Origin: Saccharolobus islandicus REY15A
Lineage (GTDB): Archaea > Thermoproteota > Thermoprotei_A > Sulfolobales > Sulfolobaceae
DNA length: 64,000 bases
Assembly: GCF_000189555.1 (NCBI RefSeq)
Contig: NC_017276.1
Direction: 5' to 3' (one strand)
Below the pieces are notes generated by a model. It saw only the letters and a program-made list of their open reading frames with translations. It was not told the origin of the DNA and made no database searches. The position numbers were made by a program, and so were the translations under genes. Position 1 is the first letter of the stretch. Each line of letters opens with the position of its first letter. Of the stretch, positions 20,485 through 29,509 are shown one piece after another.

Positions 20485-21530
20485 TGGCAGTAGATATTTC
20501 CTCTCTTATTTTAGCCATAGTCTTAGACTTCTCAGTATATTTGATGGTTGTAATATCATTAAATGTAGAAATAGGATTAACTGGAGTTCCAAATTTTGGT
20601 AGAGTCCTAGCGTATGCTGGAGGAGCATTCATAGCTGGAGCAATACCGGGAAGGATTTTACAGCTAATATATGGACTTCACAGTGATTATATTCTTAATA
20701 ATCCCTCTGTAATAGCAGAGATAAACGATAAATTGCTTCAACAACCGTTAATGGCTCTTGCAATTTTAATTCTTACCCTAATTCTAGCAGGGATAGTTGG
20801 GGCGGCCTTAGGTTATATTTCATCTTATCCTGCTTTGAGATTAAGAGAGGATTACTTGGGAATACTATTATTGGTAGCTGGGACTTCACTGGTAGTAATA
20901 GGGATTACTTACCCACCAATAGTGGGAGGCACAGTAGGTGTTCAAGTTCCCGCTGTATTTAACGCACTTCTAGGTCAAGGATCTAGCTTATATTATAAGA
21001 TATCGATAGTGTTGTTAGCATTTTCATTAGTGATGCTTCTTCTATTCAACCTAACATCGAACTCCCCAATGGGAAGAGTGTTCAGAGCAGTCAGAGAAAA
21101 TGAGGATCTAGTAGAAGTTCTAGGTAGAGATATAGGTGTAATCAGAGGTAAGGCAATGGCATTAGGAGGATTTCTAGCGGGCATAGCAGGATCGCTTTAC
21201 GCTTTTTATATAGGTTCAGTATTTGCAGGTGCATTCGATAATTTAACGTGGTCATTTAACCCATATTTAATGTTAGTATTGGGAGGTGCAGGGACTTCAA
21301 TAGGCGCAATGCTAGGAGCACTAATATATTCCACCTTATATCACGTTATCGATTTGTACAAACAAACAATAGGGTATTATCTGCATTTTGATGCAGTATG
21401 GCTACAATATATGTTATTTGGACTTATACTAACAATAATCCTTATAATACGACCTCAAGGTATTGTCGTAGAAAAAGCTAAGCCATTAGTAAAACCGAAA
21501 GCTAAGGATGAGGAAAAACTAACTAGTTAA
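20481..21530 (+). CDS. livM: Branched-chain amino acid ABC permease (LivM-like)
   Basis: G.TGVPNFG, LRLREDYLGI, SPMGRVFRAVRENE, MLVLGGAGT..GAMLGA. Confidence 0.88.
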   Translation: MMAVDISSLILAIVLDFSVYLMVVISLNVEIGLTGVPNFGRVLAYAGGAFIAGAIPGRILQLIYGLHSDYILNNPSVIAEINDKLLQQPLMALAILILTLILAGIVGAALGYISSYPALRLREDYLGILLLVAGTSLVVIGITYPPIVGGTVGVQVPAVFNALLGQGSSLYYKISIVLLAFSLVMLLLFNLTSNSPMGRVFRAVRENEDLVEVLGRDIGVIRGKAMALGGFLAGIAGSLYAFYIGSVFAGAFDNLTWSFNPYLMLVLGGAGTSIGAMLGALIYSTLYHVIDLYKQTIGYYLHFDAVWLQYMLFGLILTIILIIRPQGIVVEKAKPLVKPKAKDEEKLTS

Positions 21531-21839
21531 AGAGAGATTTTTCTGGTTATAAGTTATCTGATACCGTTCATAAAACGCGGGGCGAAGTTTCTATAGATTA
21601 AGGGCGTCCAATGAAAACCAGGCCGAATCTAGTGCGAAACTGACTTCCTTATATAAAACATATAGTCAAGTCTGTGTAATACAGATCTAACTAGTATGTC
21701 TTCACTTGTAGTGTAAACATTAAGTTATAAATTTTCTTCCTAATATCCCAAAACGTATATAAGTGTATCAGTTTGACGGCTTCTCCTCTTGAAGATCCGT
21801 TAACTTAATTAATTTGCAGTTCAATGATTACAAAAGATC

Positions 21840-22212
21840 GAAAGCCTCATCTTTTCAAGGTGGGGATGATAAATATTTAAATATATCCTTTTCTAACGAA
21901 TATTTAATGGCTTATGAGGGAACCCAATCAGAGCAATAGTTTCCATGAAGATTGGCTAACAGACTCTCCTAGCCCTCTCAAACCTTTATGTAAAAACATT
22001 AAGATAAGTTCTCTTCTGGCTAAAAGAAAATAAGATAGACCCTAATGAGAATGTTGTGTTAGGAGTTATTCACCAAGAGCTTTATGAAAAGCTGAGAGAG
22101 GAGTTCCAACTACCGGCTAAGATTGCTGAAGATTATAGGGATATCATTTCGATTTACAAGGATTAGTTAAACAATCCTGGAAGGGCACCCCATTTATAGT
22201 TGTGGAAGTCAG
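21840..22212 (+). mobile_element. Internally deleted, decayed IS200/IS605 (TnpB-only, ISC1316-like) element
   Basis: Left hairpin gaaagcctcatcttttcaaggtggggatga, tnpB 5' remnant, right-end-like ccccatttatagttgtggaagtcag. Confidence 0.65.
21907..22199 (+). pseudogene. tnpB: TnpB N-terminal fragment with multiple stops
   Basis: PIRAIVSMKIG*QTLLALSNLYVKTLR*VLFWLKENKIDPNENVVLGVIHQELYEKLREEFQLPAKIAEDYRDIISIYKD*LNNPGRAP resembles the Sulfolobus TnpB N-terminus (IRATVSMKIAL...FWLKEN...HEELY..LREE..LP.KVAED.YRD) as recalled. Confidence 0.75.
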
Positions 22213-22214
22213 AC

Positions 22215-22724
22215 TCAATAGCTAAGCTCCTTCAGCTTATCTTCTAATTTTTCGTCCCAAATATCTTCAAAGTATTTTTTAATATTACGCTTTATGAACT
22301 CCACTACAGTGAGTATATCTCTTTCTACTTCTCCTTTATCCTTATAATTTACAAAATTGGGATCAAAGCCGTTATATGAGAAGGAATGAAGGAGGAGTGC
22401 AGTTTTAACTATTAATTGCACATCATAGCCAAGCTTTTCTAGATCGTAAGATATTCCTATTAAACCAGTAGTTGGTGCCGAGTATCCCACTCTCTCATAC
22501 CAGTCCTTCTCTTTTTCTGACTTCGATTGTACAATTTTATCAAAGTTCTTTATAACTAGTGCGCTAACCATGGCCTTGACTGTAATAAAGGCTTTAGATG
22601 AGGCGTTAGTTATCATTCCCTTTTTAAGCATTTCTAAAGCTAGTTTACCTTCAGTAAGGGTCTCCATTACTTTTACGTAAACGTAAGATCTAGGATCAGC
22701 CTTGTAATCTAGAACCTCATACAT
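22215..22724 (-). CDS. PaREP1 family protein
   Basis: E.L.E..LALE.L..G...NAS.KAF..VKA.VSAL pattern, LH...Y.G; typical of crenarchaeal PaREP1/HEPN-like proteins. Confidence 0.75.
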   Translation of the reverse strand: MYEVLDYKADPRSYVYVKVMETLTEGKLALEMLKKGMITNASSKAFITVKAMVSALVIKNFDKIVQSKSEKEKDWYERVGYSAPTTGLIGISYDLEKLGYDVQLIVKTALLLHSFSYNGFDPNFVNYKDKGEVERDILTVVEFIKRNIKKYFEDIWDEKLEDKLKELSY

Positions 22725-23083
22725 TAAGTTTATATTAAGAAACTTCCTTTTAACTTTGTGGAGCTAATGGTTTGTTGAATCCTTCAATTTTCTTAGGCGT
22801 CAAGCTCGTTAAATTTTATTAAATTCAAAATCAAGCGTTAGATTAAAAGTAAGCTTAGCATTAGATCAGATAAAAATTGAAGCTATCTATAAAGCATCTG
22901 TAAACCTAAAATAATATTATATACATATTATATACTGTGAATCTTGAAGAATTGCTCGTAAGGTAACAATTAGTATAGTTCTTACATTGCTTTTTTTGTA
23001 TAAGCATAAAACGTAGAGTATATAACCAAGCTTATTTCATTAATAATGAAAATTTATAAGATAGCAAGTTAAACATAACATTT

Positions 23084-23170
23084 ATGTGTTATGAAAAATA
23101 TGAGAAAGCTATGATACAGCAGAGGAAGGCAAAAAAACATAGAGTAATTGAAACTATCCCAGTAAAGTAA
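23084..23170 (+). CDS. Putative small protein (28 aa) MCYEKYEKAMIQQRKAKKHRVIETIPVK
   Basis: Below the ORF-track cutoff; BRE/TATA (gaaaatttataag, 23048-23060) correctly spaced for a leaderless transcript. Confidence 0.4.
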   Translation: MCYEKYEKAMIQQRKAKKHRVIETIPVK

Positions 23171-23180
23171 GTAGGTTAGA

Positions 23181-23564
23181 TTAAATCCTCTTTTCTTTTA
23201 ATTTAATATATTTTTTATATAGTTTATTAACCTCTCTACTATTCACTTTTCTTCCATGTGCTCTTAACCCTCCGCTAAACTTATATGGGATATGAAGTAT
23301 TTCATGAATCATTACTTTAATTTTATCCTCATTGGATAATCTGTCAAATCTTTCTGAAACTAGTTCTATTACGTAGAGGGGTTCTAAATTAAAAGTCTCA
23401 AGTACAATTTTAGGGACTGCCCAAATTCTAGCTATTGCCTTAGATTTAGCTCCATAGGAGTACACAACTCTTACCCTATCTAAATTAATGTAGTCTAATC
23501 CGAGAATAATAACAATATCTCTTAACAAATCTTCACCGTCTCGAGACCTAACATACTTTATCAT
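23181..23564 (-). CDS. Putative Zn metallopeptidase (HExxH)
   Basis: IHEILHIP motif; ARIWAVP; YVIELVSERFD. Confidence 0.75.
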   Translation of the reverse strand: MIKYVRSRDGEDLLRDIVIILGLDYINLDRVRVVYSYGAKSKAIARIWAVPKIVLETFNLEPLYVIELVSERFDRLSNEDKIKVMIHEILHIPYKFSGGLRAHGRKVNSREVNKLYKKYIKLKEKRI

Positions 23565-24262
23565 ACCTTAAAGTTCAATATCAACCATATTAACTTATCC
23601 ACGGTATCAGCTAAGATCTTTTTACCAAGTTCTTCATCAATTCGGATCGGTTTTCCATCATTAAGTACTCCGAATTGATTAGCTTCCTTAGTTGAATAAT
23701 AAACGAATACTCCATCTCTAACATCATAACTTTTTATCTCTTCTATTTTATTTAACCTCACTACTCTCTTATCTATTGCGTATATTTTTGACGTTTCTAC
23801 TGTACCAGCGTGAAGATCATTTACGTTGAATAGCAGTTTCTCCTCTTCACCAAATATGTTGAAAATCATTACTTTAGCATTGCTATATTTCATATTAAAT
23901 TCCCTTTGAACTAATGGAAGAAAATAGGAATTCCCGCCATGACCATTGACTATGATTATCCTCCTTAGTCCCAAATCCTTGAAAATGCTTTCAAGTAAAT
24001 CATTAAAGAACGAGATTGCGGTTTGAAAGGATAAAGAGATGAAAGGAAAACCCTTGTGTTCTAAAGATACACCATAATATACTGTGGGAAAGAGTAGCGT
24101 AGTCTCCTTTAATTTTTCCTCTGCTTTAGAAGCTACATATTCCGAAATTATACTATCAGTACCCATTGGTAAGTGGGGGCCATGTTGTTCTATACTTCCA
24201 ACTGGCACTAATCCGACTAGATCCTCCCTTATCTCATCCCTTGTTATTTCTATTAATTTCAT
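23561..24262 (-). CDS. Creatininase family amidohydrolase
   Basis: PVGSIEQHGPHLPMGTD, SLEH.GFP, NGHGGN, DLHAGTVETS. Confidence 0.88.
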   Translation of the reverse strand: MKLIEITRDEIREDLVGLVPVGSIEQHGPHLPMGTDSIISEYVASKAEEKLKETTLLFPTVYYGVSLEHKGFPFISLSFQTAISFFNDLLESIFKDLGLRRIIIVNGHGGNSYFLPLVQREFNMKYSNAKVMIFNIFGEEEKLLFNVNDLHAGTVETSKIYAIDKRVVRLNKIEEIKSYDVRDGVFVYYSTKEANQFGVLNDGKPIRIDEELGKKILADTVDKLIWLILNFKV

Positions 24263-24370
24263 GTGATAAGAGTTTCCTAGTTGAAGAAAAATAGTTTACT
24301 AAATAAGTATCGTGAAGTAACTATAGACTTTTGTTCTTGATAACTTAGATAGTGAACAACCCCGCCTTAC

Positions 24371-25586
24371 CGGTAGACCCAAAATCATATTAGAAAAAAT
24401 ATTTCTGGTAGGATAATATCGAATTTATAAAAGATAAAGAAATTTATAAGAGTATAAAGAATTCAATTGAAGAAAGGGTTTAAGGTGAGGGAGATGGCGT
24501 ATTACCACGTGAATAACCAAGATGGTAACACCAGGTCTCCCTCACCAAAATTCAACAAATAGGATATAAATTACTTTCCATGTTGAACTTCCAAGGGGAA
24601 AAGGTAGAGGAGGTAGCGAAAACTCTCATCTCCGCGTGTTTGTGGAACGATTCAGTAGAGAACAAGTCCAGAGCGTATGACGTATCCCCACAGACCGTGA
24701 GGAATTACGTAGAGAAACAAGGGATGGAAGTGACTGAAAAGCTATTGGAAAGAGCTAGGAAAATATCCTTGGAGATATTAAAGGGAGTGAATGAGATAGA
24801 TCTCTCAATAGACTGGACAACCAAGACGTGGTATGGGAAACCAGTGAAAGGGCTCGGGAGCTCTGAAAAAGGAAACTCGTGGAACTACGCAACTGCAACA
24901 ACCAAGTATAAGGGGAAAGTGCTTTTACTTGCCTTTATTCCGCAAGTGAACGGTATGACTAAGGACGAGATAGTGAAGGCTCTTGTTGAACAAGTAATGG
25001 CAATGGGATTCAAGATAAGGTTGATAACTCTTGACGCTGGTTTCTATACTGTTGACGTGCTCAACTTCATTTCACAGTTTAAGTACATAATTGCTGTTCC
25101 GGTTGGGGACGTGAAGGTGTACGAGGAGTTTGACGGGGATTACACAACTAATAGTAAGAGGCATAGGAGGGATGAGCAGGTCAAGTTCAGGCTTCTCGTG
25201 TACAGCAAGGAAAAAGTGGGGAGAAAGAAGAAGAGTCTTGTTTACTTCGCTAGGGCTACTAACCTAGACCTATCCAAGAGGGAAGTGTTGGATTTGTACA
25301 ATAAGGTAAGAGGTCCCATAGAGACCTCTTATAGGAACATTAAGGCTTTTCTTCCATTTACTAGTTCTACTAAGTTTGTTTTCCGCACGTTGATCTTCGT
25401 GCTGGCCCTTGTACTCTACTCCTTATATACCATATTCAAGGGGGAGGTGGGGAGAGAGGAGTTTAGATTATTATTAATTCTTTTATTTCCTGATTTATTC
25501 AATCCAGAGAATTTTACATTTAATGTAATTGAAACGCTTATTTATACTATAGATTTATTTTTAAGGAGGTGATTTTGGGTCTACCG
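24371..25586 (+). mobile_element. ISH3-family insertion sequence (ISC1200/ISC1225-like), 1216 bp
   Basis: Perfect 17-bp terminal inverted repeats cggtagacccaaaatca (24371-24387) and tgattttgggtctaccg (25570-25586); flanks ttac/tcac (4-bp duplication with one mismatch); higher GC than surrounding DNA. Confidence 0.93.
24580..25572 (+). CDS. ISH3-family DDE transposase (N-terminal codons from ATG 24522 are out of frame)
   Basis: SIDWT, TLDAGF, IETSYR catalytic motifs; the stop codon lies inside the right TIR. Confidence 0.9.
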   Translation: MLNFQGEKVEEVAKTLISACLWNDSVENKSRAYDVSPQTVRNYVEKQGMEVTEKLLERARKISLEILKGVNEIDLSIDWTTKTWYGKPVKGLGSSEKGNSWNYATATTKYKGKVLLLAFIPQVNGMTKDEIVKALVEQVMAMGFKIRLITLDAGFYTVDVLNFISQFKYIIAVPVGDVKVYEEFDGDYTTNSKRHRRDEQVKFRLLVYSKEKVGRKKKSLVYFARATNLDLSKREVLDLYNKVRGPIETSYRNIKAFLPFTSSTKFVFRTLIFVLALVLYSLYTIFKGEVGREEFRLLLILLFPDLFNPENFTFNVIETLIYTIDLFLRR

Positions 25587-25748
25587 TCACGGAAGGGGAC
25601 TTTCGCCCCCTTAATCCCTAATTAAGTTAAACCTACAAGTTGACCTAATTTGTACAGTCTTATTAGTGATTCTGTTTCCTTTTCCCTTCCGAATGGATTA
25701 TTTGTTGGTTTTCCGTAAACAAACCACAATCTACTGGTACCACTAATT

Positions 25749-26666
25749 TTAAAGATTTAGTGAGAGTACGCTCATTCCTTCATAGATAATATTCGCAGCT
25801 AACATTGTGGTGATTTCGCTTACATCATATGGTGGGGCAACTTCTACAACATCAAATCCAACTAGTTTATCAAATCTCAGCTTTCTGATAATTTCTATAA
25901 TTTCGAAGCTTGTCAAACCACCCACTTCTGGCGTACCAGTCCCAGGGGCAAACGCCGGATCTACAACATCTATATCAATGGAAACGTGTGTGGGACCAGA
26001 TAGGGAATTTATTTCCCTTATAACAGAATCTAAATTATACTTTAAATCTCTAATTGTGAAACTCTTCACTCCTAACCTCTCCTTATCTTTAAGATCTTCT
26101 TTCGAGAACGTTGAGGCCCTAATTCCTCCTTGTATAGCTTCTTTGATTAAGCCCTCTTCAATTGCCCTCCTCAACCACGTACCATGCGTATGTTTCTTAC
26201 CCCAATAGGAATCCCAGAAGTCGTAATGTGAATCCAAGTGTATGATATTTATTTTTCCATACTTCTTATTTAAAGCCCTTAAAACGGGTAACGTGATTGA
26301 GTGATCTCCACCAGCTATAAAGGGCACTAGGTTTTTTGATGATATTATTTCATAAAGATTCGTTTGTATTATGTTCATTGTATCCTCAATGTACCCCGGA
26401 ATAATGTTTATATCACCCATATCACAAGCGTTAAGCTTATCAAAAGGATAAGTATCTAGGAATTGATTGTAAGGTCTTAATAATCTAGATCCTTGTCTTA
26501 TTCCCATTGGTCCAAATCTGGCTCCCGGTCTATAAGTTACAGCATCATCGAAAGGTATTCCTAAAAACGCCGCCTTTATTTCCTCATCTCTTCCGCAAAT
26601 TGGTAATCTACCGAAGGTAGAAATTTGTGTGAAGCGTGGAGATTTTAACGCGTCTATTTGCCTCAT
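25749..26666 (-). CDS. speB: Agmatinase (ureohydrolase)
   Basis: GARFGP, GGDHSIT, DSHYD, SIDIDVVDPAFAPGTGTPE. Confidence 0.92.
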   Translation of the reverse strand: MRQIDALKSPRFTQISTFGRLPICGRDEEIKAAFLGIPFDDAVTYRPGARFGPMGIRQGSRLLRPYNQFLDTYPFDKLNACDMGDINIIPGYIEDTMNIIQTNLYEIISSKNLVPFIAGGDHSITLPVLRALNKKYGKINIIHLDSHYDFWDSYWGKKHTHGTWLRRAIEEGLIKEAIQGGIRASTFSKEDLKDKERLGVKSFTIRDLKYNLDSVIREINSLSGPTHVSIDIDVVDPAFAPGTGTPEVGGLTSFEIIEIIRKLRFDKLVGFDVVEVAPPYDVSEITTMLAANIIYEGMSVLSLNL

Positions 26667-26848
26667 AACTATATCTTACTTTTATGATATTTTTAATTTA
26701 ACGTTATAAGATAGTCCTTCTTATAAACGAGTCTTTACTTCTTTGCCATAACTAATGTTATTGTGTAATTTCTCAATATTTCGTCCCTCAAAAGTTTAAT
26801 TAGACTTTATGATACAAATTTCATGAGTTAGGAGAGTTAATTAATTAA

Positions 26849-27517
26849 TTAGGTAATTCTTTCCTTATTACTCACCAACTTTTTAGCAGTGCTAAATATT
26901 TCAACCAGCATATTCATTGTTAGCCTTCCAGTTTTCATGTTCCTTGGACTTGGATGGTAGCTTCCTATTAGCCATATTATTGACATATCTGGCTTTGTAA
27001 CCTTTACTAAAGCACCATGATAAAATTTTACGTTAGGAACGCTATATCCAATTTTTTTAAAAACGTAAATGATTGAATCCCATGCGACTTTACCAAATGC
27101 GATATAAACTTTTGCGTTTTCTAGCATCCTTACCTCCTCTTCCAAGAATGTTGAACAGTTAATTATCTCATCCTTATTAGGCTTATTTTGTGGAGGTGCA
27201 CATTTCACTGCAGAGGTAATGTAAACACGAAACACCTTTAAGCCATCATCCTTAGAAATTGAAAACGGCTGATTTGCAAATCCAACTGCATATAAAGCAT
27301 TGGTAAGATTATTAGAACTCTCATCTCCGGTAAACATTCTTCCGGTCCTATTTCCCCCATTCGCTGCTGGTGCTAAGCCTATTATCACTATTTCAGCATT
27401 AATCTCACCATTTGGAGGAACTGGCTTTTTCCAGTAATTATCGGGAAAGGAGTTTCTATATTGTGTAAGTCTAGGGCACTTGTTGCACGAAATTAGCCTA
27501 GATATAAAGTTTTCCAC
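26849..27517 (-). CDS. Uracil-DNA glycosylase, family 5 (4Fe-4S)
   Basis: CNKCPRL, GLAPAANGGNRTGRMFTGD, VKCAPPQNKP, YHPSPRN. Confidence 0.9.
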   Translation of the reverse strand: MENFISRLISCNKCPRLTQYRNSFPDNYWKKPVPPNGEINAEIVIIGLAPAANGGNRTGRMFTGDESSNNLTNALYAVGFANQPFSISKDDGLKVFRVYITSAVKCAPPQNKPNKDEIINCSTFLEEEVRMLENAKVYIAFGKVAWDSIIYVFKKIGYSVPNVKFYHGALVKVTKPDMSIIWLIGSYHPSPRNMKTGRLTMNMLVEIFSTAKKLVSNKERIT

Positions 27518-27555
27518 TAATCTCTTTTTGTAACAAAAGAATTTTAAGCTTTTAT

Positions 27556-27819
27556 TTACAATTTAGTGGCAATATACCTAATTATTGTTTTCTTTAGAAA
27601 ATTAACAATAACAAGATTATTACTATTATCGTCAACTACCTCACATTCACCAGTATCCTTATTACATTTTATCCAATAGTTTTCAATCTTTATGCCATTC
27701 TGTTTGACGTCAGTTATCAAAGTGTTAAATTCGGTATCCTTTCTAATAGTTTCCAGTTTGAATCCGAAAATATCTGGTCTCTCCACGAGATACTTAATGT
27801 CGGAGATTGAAACTCCCAT
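27556..27819 (-). CDS. Hypothetical protein (87 aa)
   Basis: ORF with an upstream TATA-like element; no family recognised. Confidence 0.6.
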   Translation of the reverse strand: MGVSISDIKYLVERPDIFGFKLETIRKDTEFNTLITDVKQNGIKIENYWIKCNKDTGECEVVDDNSNNLVIVNFLKKTIIRYIATKL

Positions 27820-27856
27820 TATAAATAGAAACTACATAGTAAAATATAAGCTCTAT

Positions 27857-28144
27857 TCAATCTGAGAAGAGAGATTCGTCTATGTTATATGCGTAAATAT
27901 CATCGCTGACTTTAAACACTTTTATATCACTATCTATATCACTTATCGGTATTTCATACTTTACATTATCATTTCCCTTTTCATTAAATCTTATGGAATT
28001 TCCATTCACTTCCCCATAATAAATCATTCTCTCGCCATTGCAGACTGTTATAAATATGAATTTCTCATTTTTACAAAGACTTAGAAATGATTGGCATTCC
28101 CTTTTATCTTTAATTAATGTTCTTAGAATTGCAGAATAATCCAT
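27857..28144 (-). CDS. Hypothetical protein (95 aa)
   Basis: ORF with an upstream tttttaaa TATA; no family recognised. Confidence 0.6.
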   Translation of the reverse strand: MDYSAILRTLIKDKRECQSFLSLCKNEKFIFITVCNGERMIYYGEVNGNSIRFNEKGNDNVKYEIPISDIDSDIKVFKVSDDIYAYNIDESLFSD

Positions 28145-28300
28145 AACTAATAGTTTTTAATATGGTTTAAAAAGCACTATCCCTAATAATACCAAAATAC
28201 TAAGATATGAATGTTATTATAGCGCAATGTTATTTTAATCTTGTGTATCATTGTTTAAATCTTTAATAGATATTTTCTTAATAAATGTTTAAATTCACTT

Positions 28301-28933
28301 ATGTCCGTATGTAGTGGGATGAAGTTAGTTGTTTCTTGTATGGATAGGAGATTAAATTCTTATCTGAAGAAAAAGTATCCAGATGCTATAGTCATTAGAA
28401 ATGCTGGAGCCAATGTTAATTCACTTTTGATAACGTTCGAAAAATACAAGGATAGAGTTGATGAGGTGATTTTATTACCCCATACCGATTGTGGGGCAAT
28501 GAAGGTTGTTTACTCCTCCTTAAAAGAAGGAAAGAAAATAACATCGCTTGTTGAGGAGAAGCTAGTGAGTCAGTTTAGCTCAAAGAAATTTAGCTCCCTT
28601 TCAGAGTTGGAAAGGTTGAACATGGAAATTCAAAAGGAAAATCTGAAAAGAATATTTGGAGATAAAGTAAGGACTGAGTTAATAGATATAAATAAGATAG
28701 AAATTCCACCTTCTAACGAGCCTTACATGGCCTACGTAAGTAAACCTTCCCAGTTAGCTGAATTGAGTTCAAATATCTACCATATTTCAGCTGAAGATAA
28801 GGAAATTTGGGACAGTTTAGATATAGCAGTCTACGCTATGAAGATAAATAAAATTATAACTCCAGACGAGAAAACTGTTGAAAAGATAAAAGCTGCCTAC
28901 CCTTCAGTTATCGTCTCTACTACTTCTTTCTAA
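28301..28933 (+). CDS. Beta-class carbonic anhydrase-like protein
   Basis: Zn ligands CMDRR and HTDCG; IRNAGA. Confidence 0.8.
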   Translation: MSVCSGMKLVVSCMDRRLNSYLKKKYPDAIVIRNAGANVNSLLITFEKYKDRVDEVILLPHTDCGAMKVVYSSLKEGKKITSLVEEKLVSQFSSKKFSSLSELERLNMEIQKENLKRIFGDKVRTELIDINKIEIPPSNEPYMAYVSKPSQLAELSSNIYHISAEDKEIWDSLDIAVYAMKINKIITPDEKTVEKIKAAYPSVIVSTTSF

Positions 28934-29471
28934 TATAGTTAAAGGATTCAATTACTACTGAAGCAGGATCCTTGAAGTCAGATAACGATAAGTGAAAATC
29001 ATCTATAAGTGAAGCAGAGTAGAGAATTGACTCAATTACGGCCTCTTTGGGTATACTTAGCTCCTCAGTTACTTGTGAAATTTCCTTTCCTTCATATAGT
29101 TTGTTTAGAACATCTACTACTTTCACATTAGAATTTTTTATTGTAGGCTCATATTTATTATTTTCATTTTCCTTATCTATGAAAGCGTAGCTAGTAGGTC
29201 CTAATTTTCTCTTCAACCGTCTTGGGACTTTCGGCTTTACTTTCTTATAATATTTTAATATTTTCATCACATCAATGGCGTATTTTATACACTCCTTGAT
29301 TTGTTTTAAGTTTATTTGATTGTAAAACGTCTTTGAAACTTCGTCAAATGTTTTATCTTTTGCAAGTTCATATAGTACGCTTTCCGGCCTGATTAAAGTT
29401 CCAGCTATATGTGGTCTCCCAAAATGAATATCCTTATACACTACGATGTAATCGTAACCTGGAAGGTCCAC
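28920..29471 (-). CDS. Tandem DUF433 (HTH) domain protein
   Basis: I.FG.P.I.GT.I....VL and P.IKNS.V.V..VL..L..G...EI..EL.IP.E.V.ESI.YS repeats. Confidence 0.7.
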   Translation of the reverse strand: MDLPGYDYIVVYKDIHFGRPHIAGTLIRPESVLYELAKDKTFDEVSKTFYNQINLKQIKECIKYAIDVMKILKYYKKVKPKVPRRLKRKLGPTSYAFIDKENENNKYEPTIKNSNVKVVDVLNKLYEGKEISQVTEELSIPKEAVIESILYSASLIDDFHLSLSDFKDPASVVIESFNYIRKK

Positions 29472-29509
29472 ATTGAACTTTTTACTTTCTTATTTATTAA
29501 GATTATATA

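Noticed and set aside
21560-21660. Additional IS605-end fragments (aaaacgcggggcgaagtttc; ctgacttcctt)
   Set aside because: Too short or degenerate to call with confidence; possibly part of the same scar.
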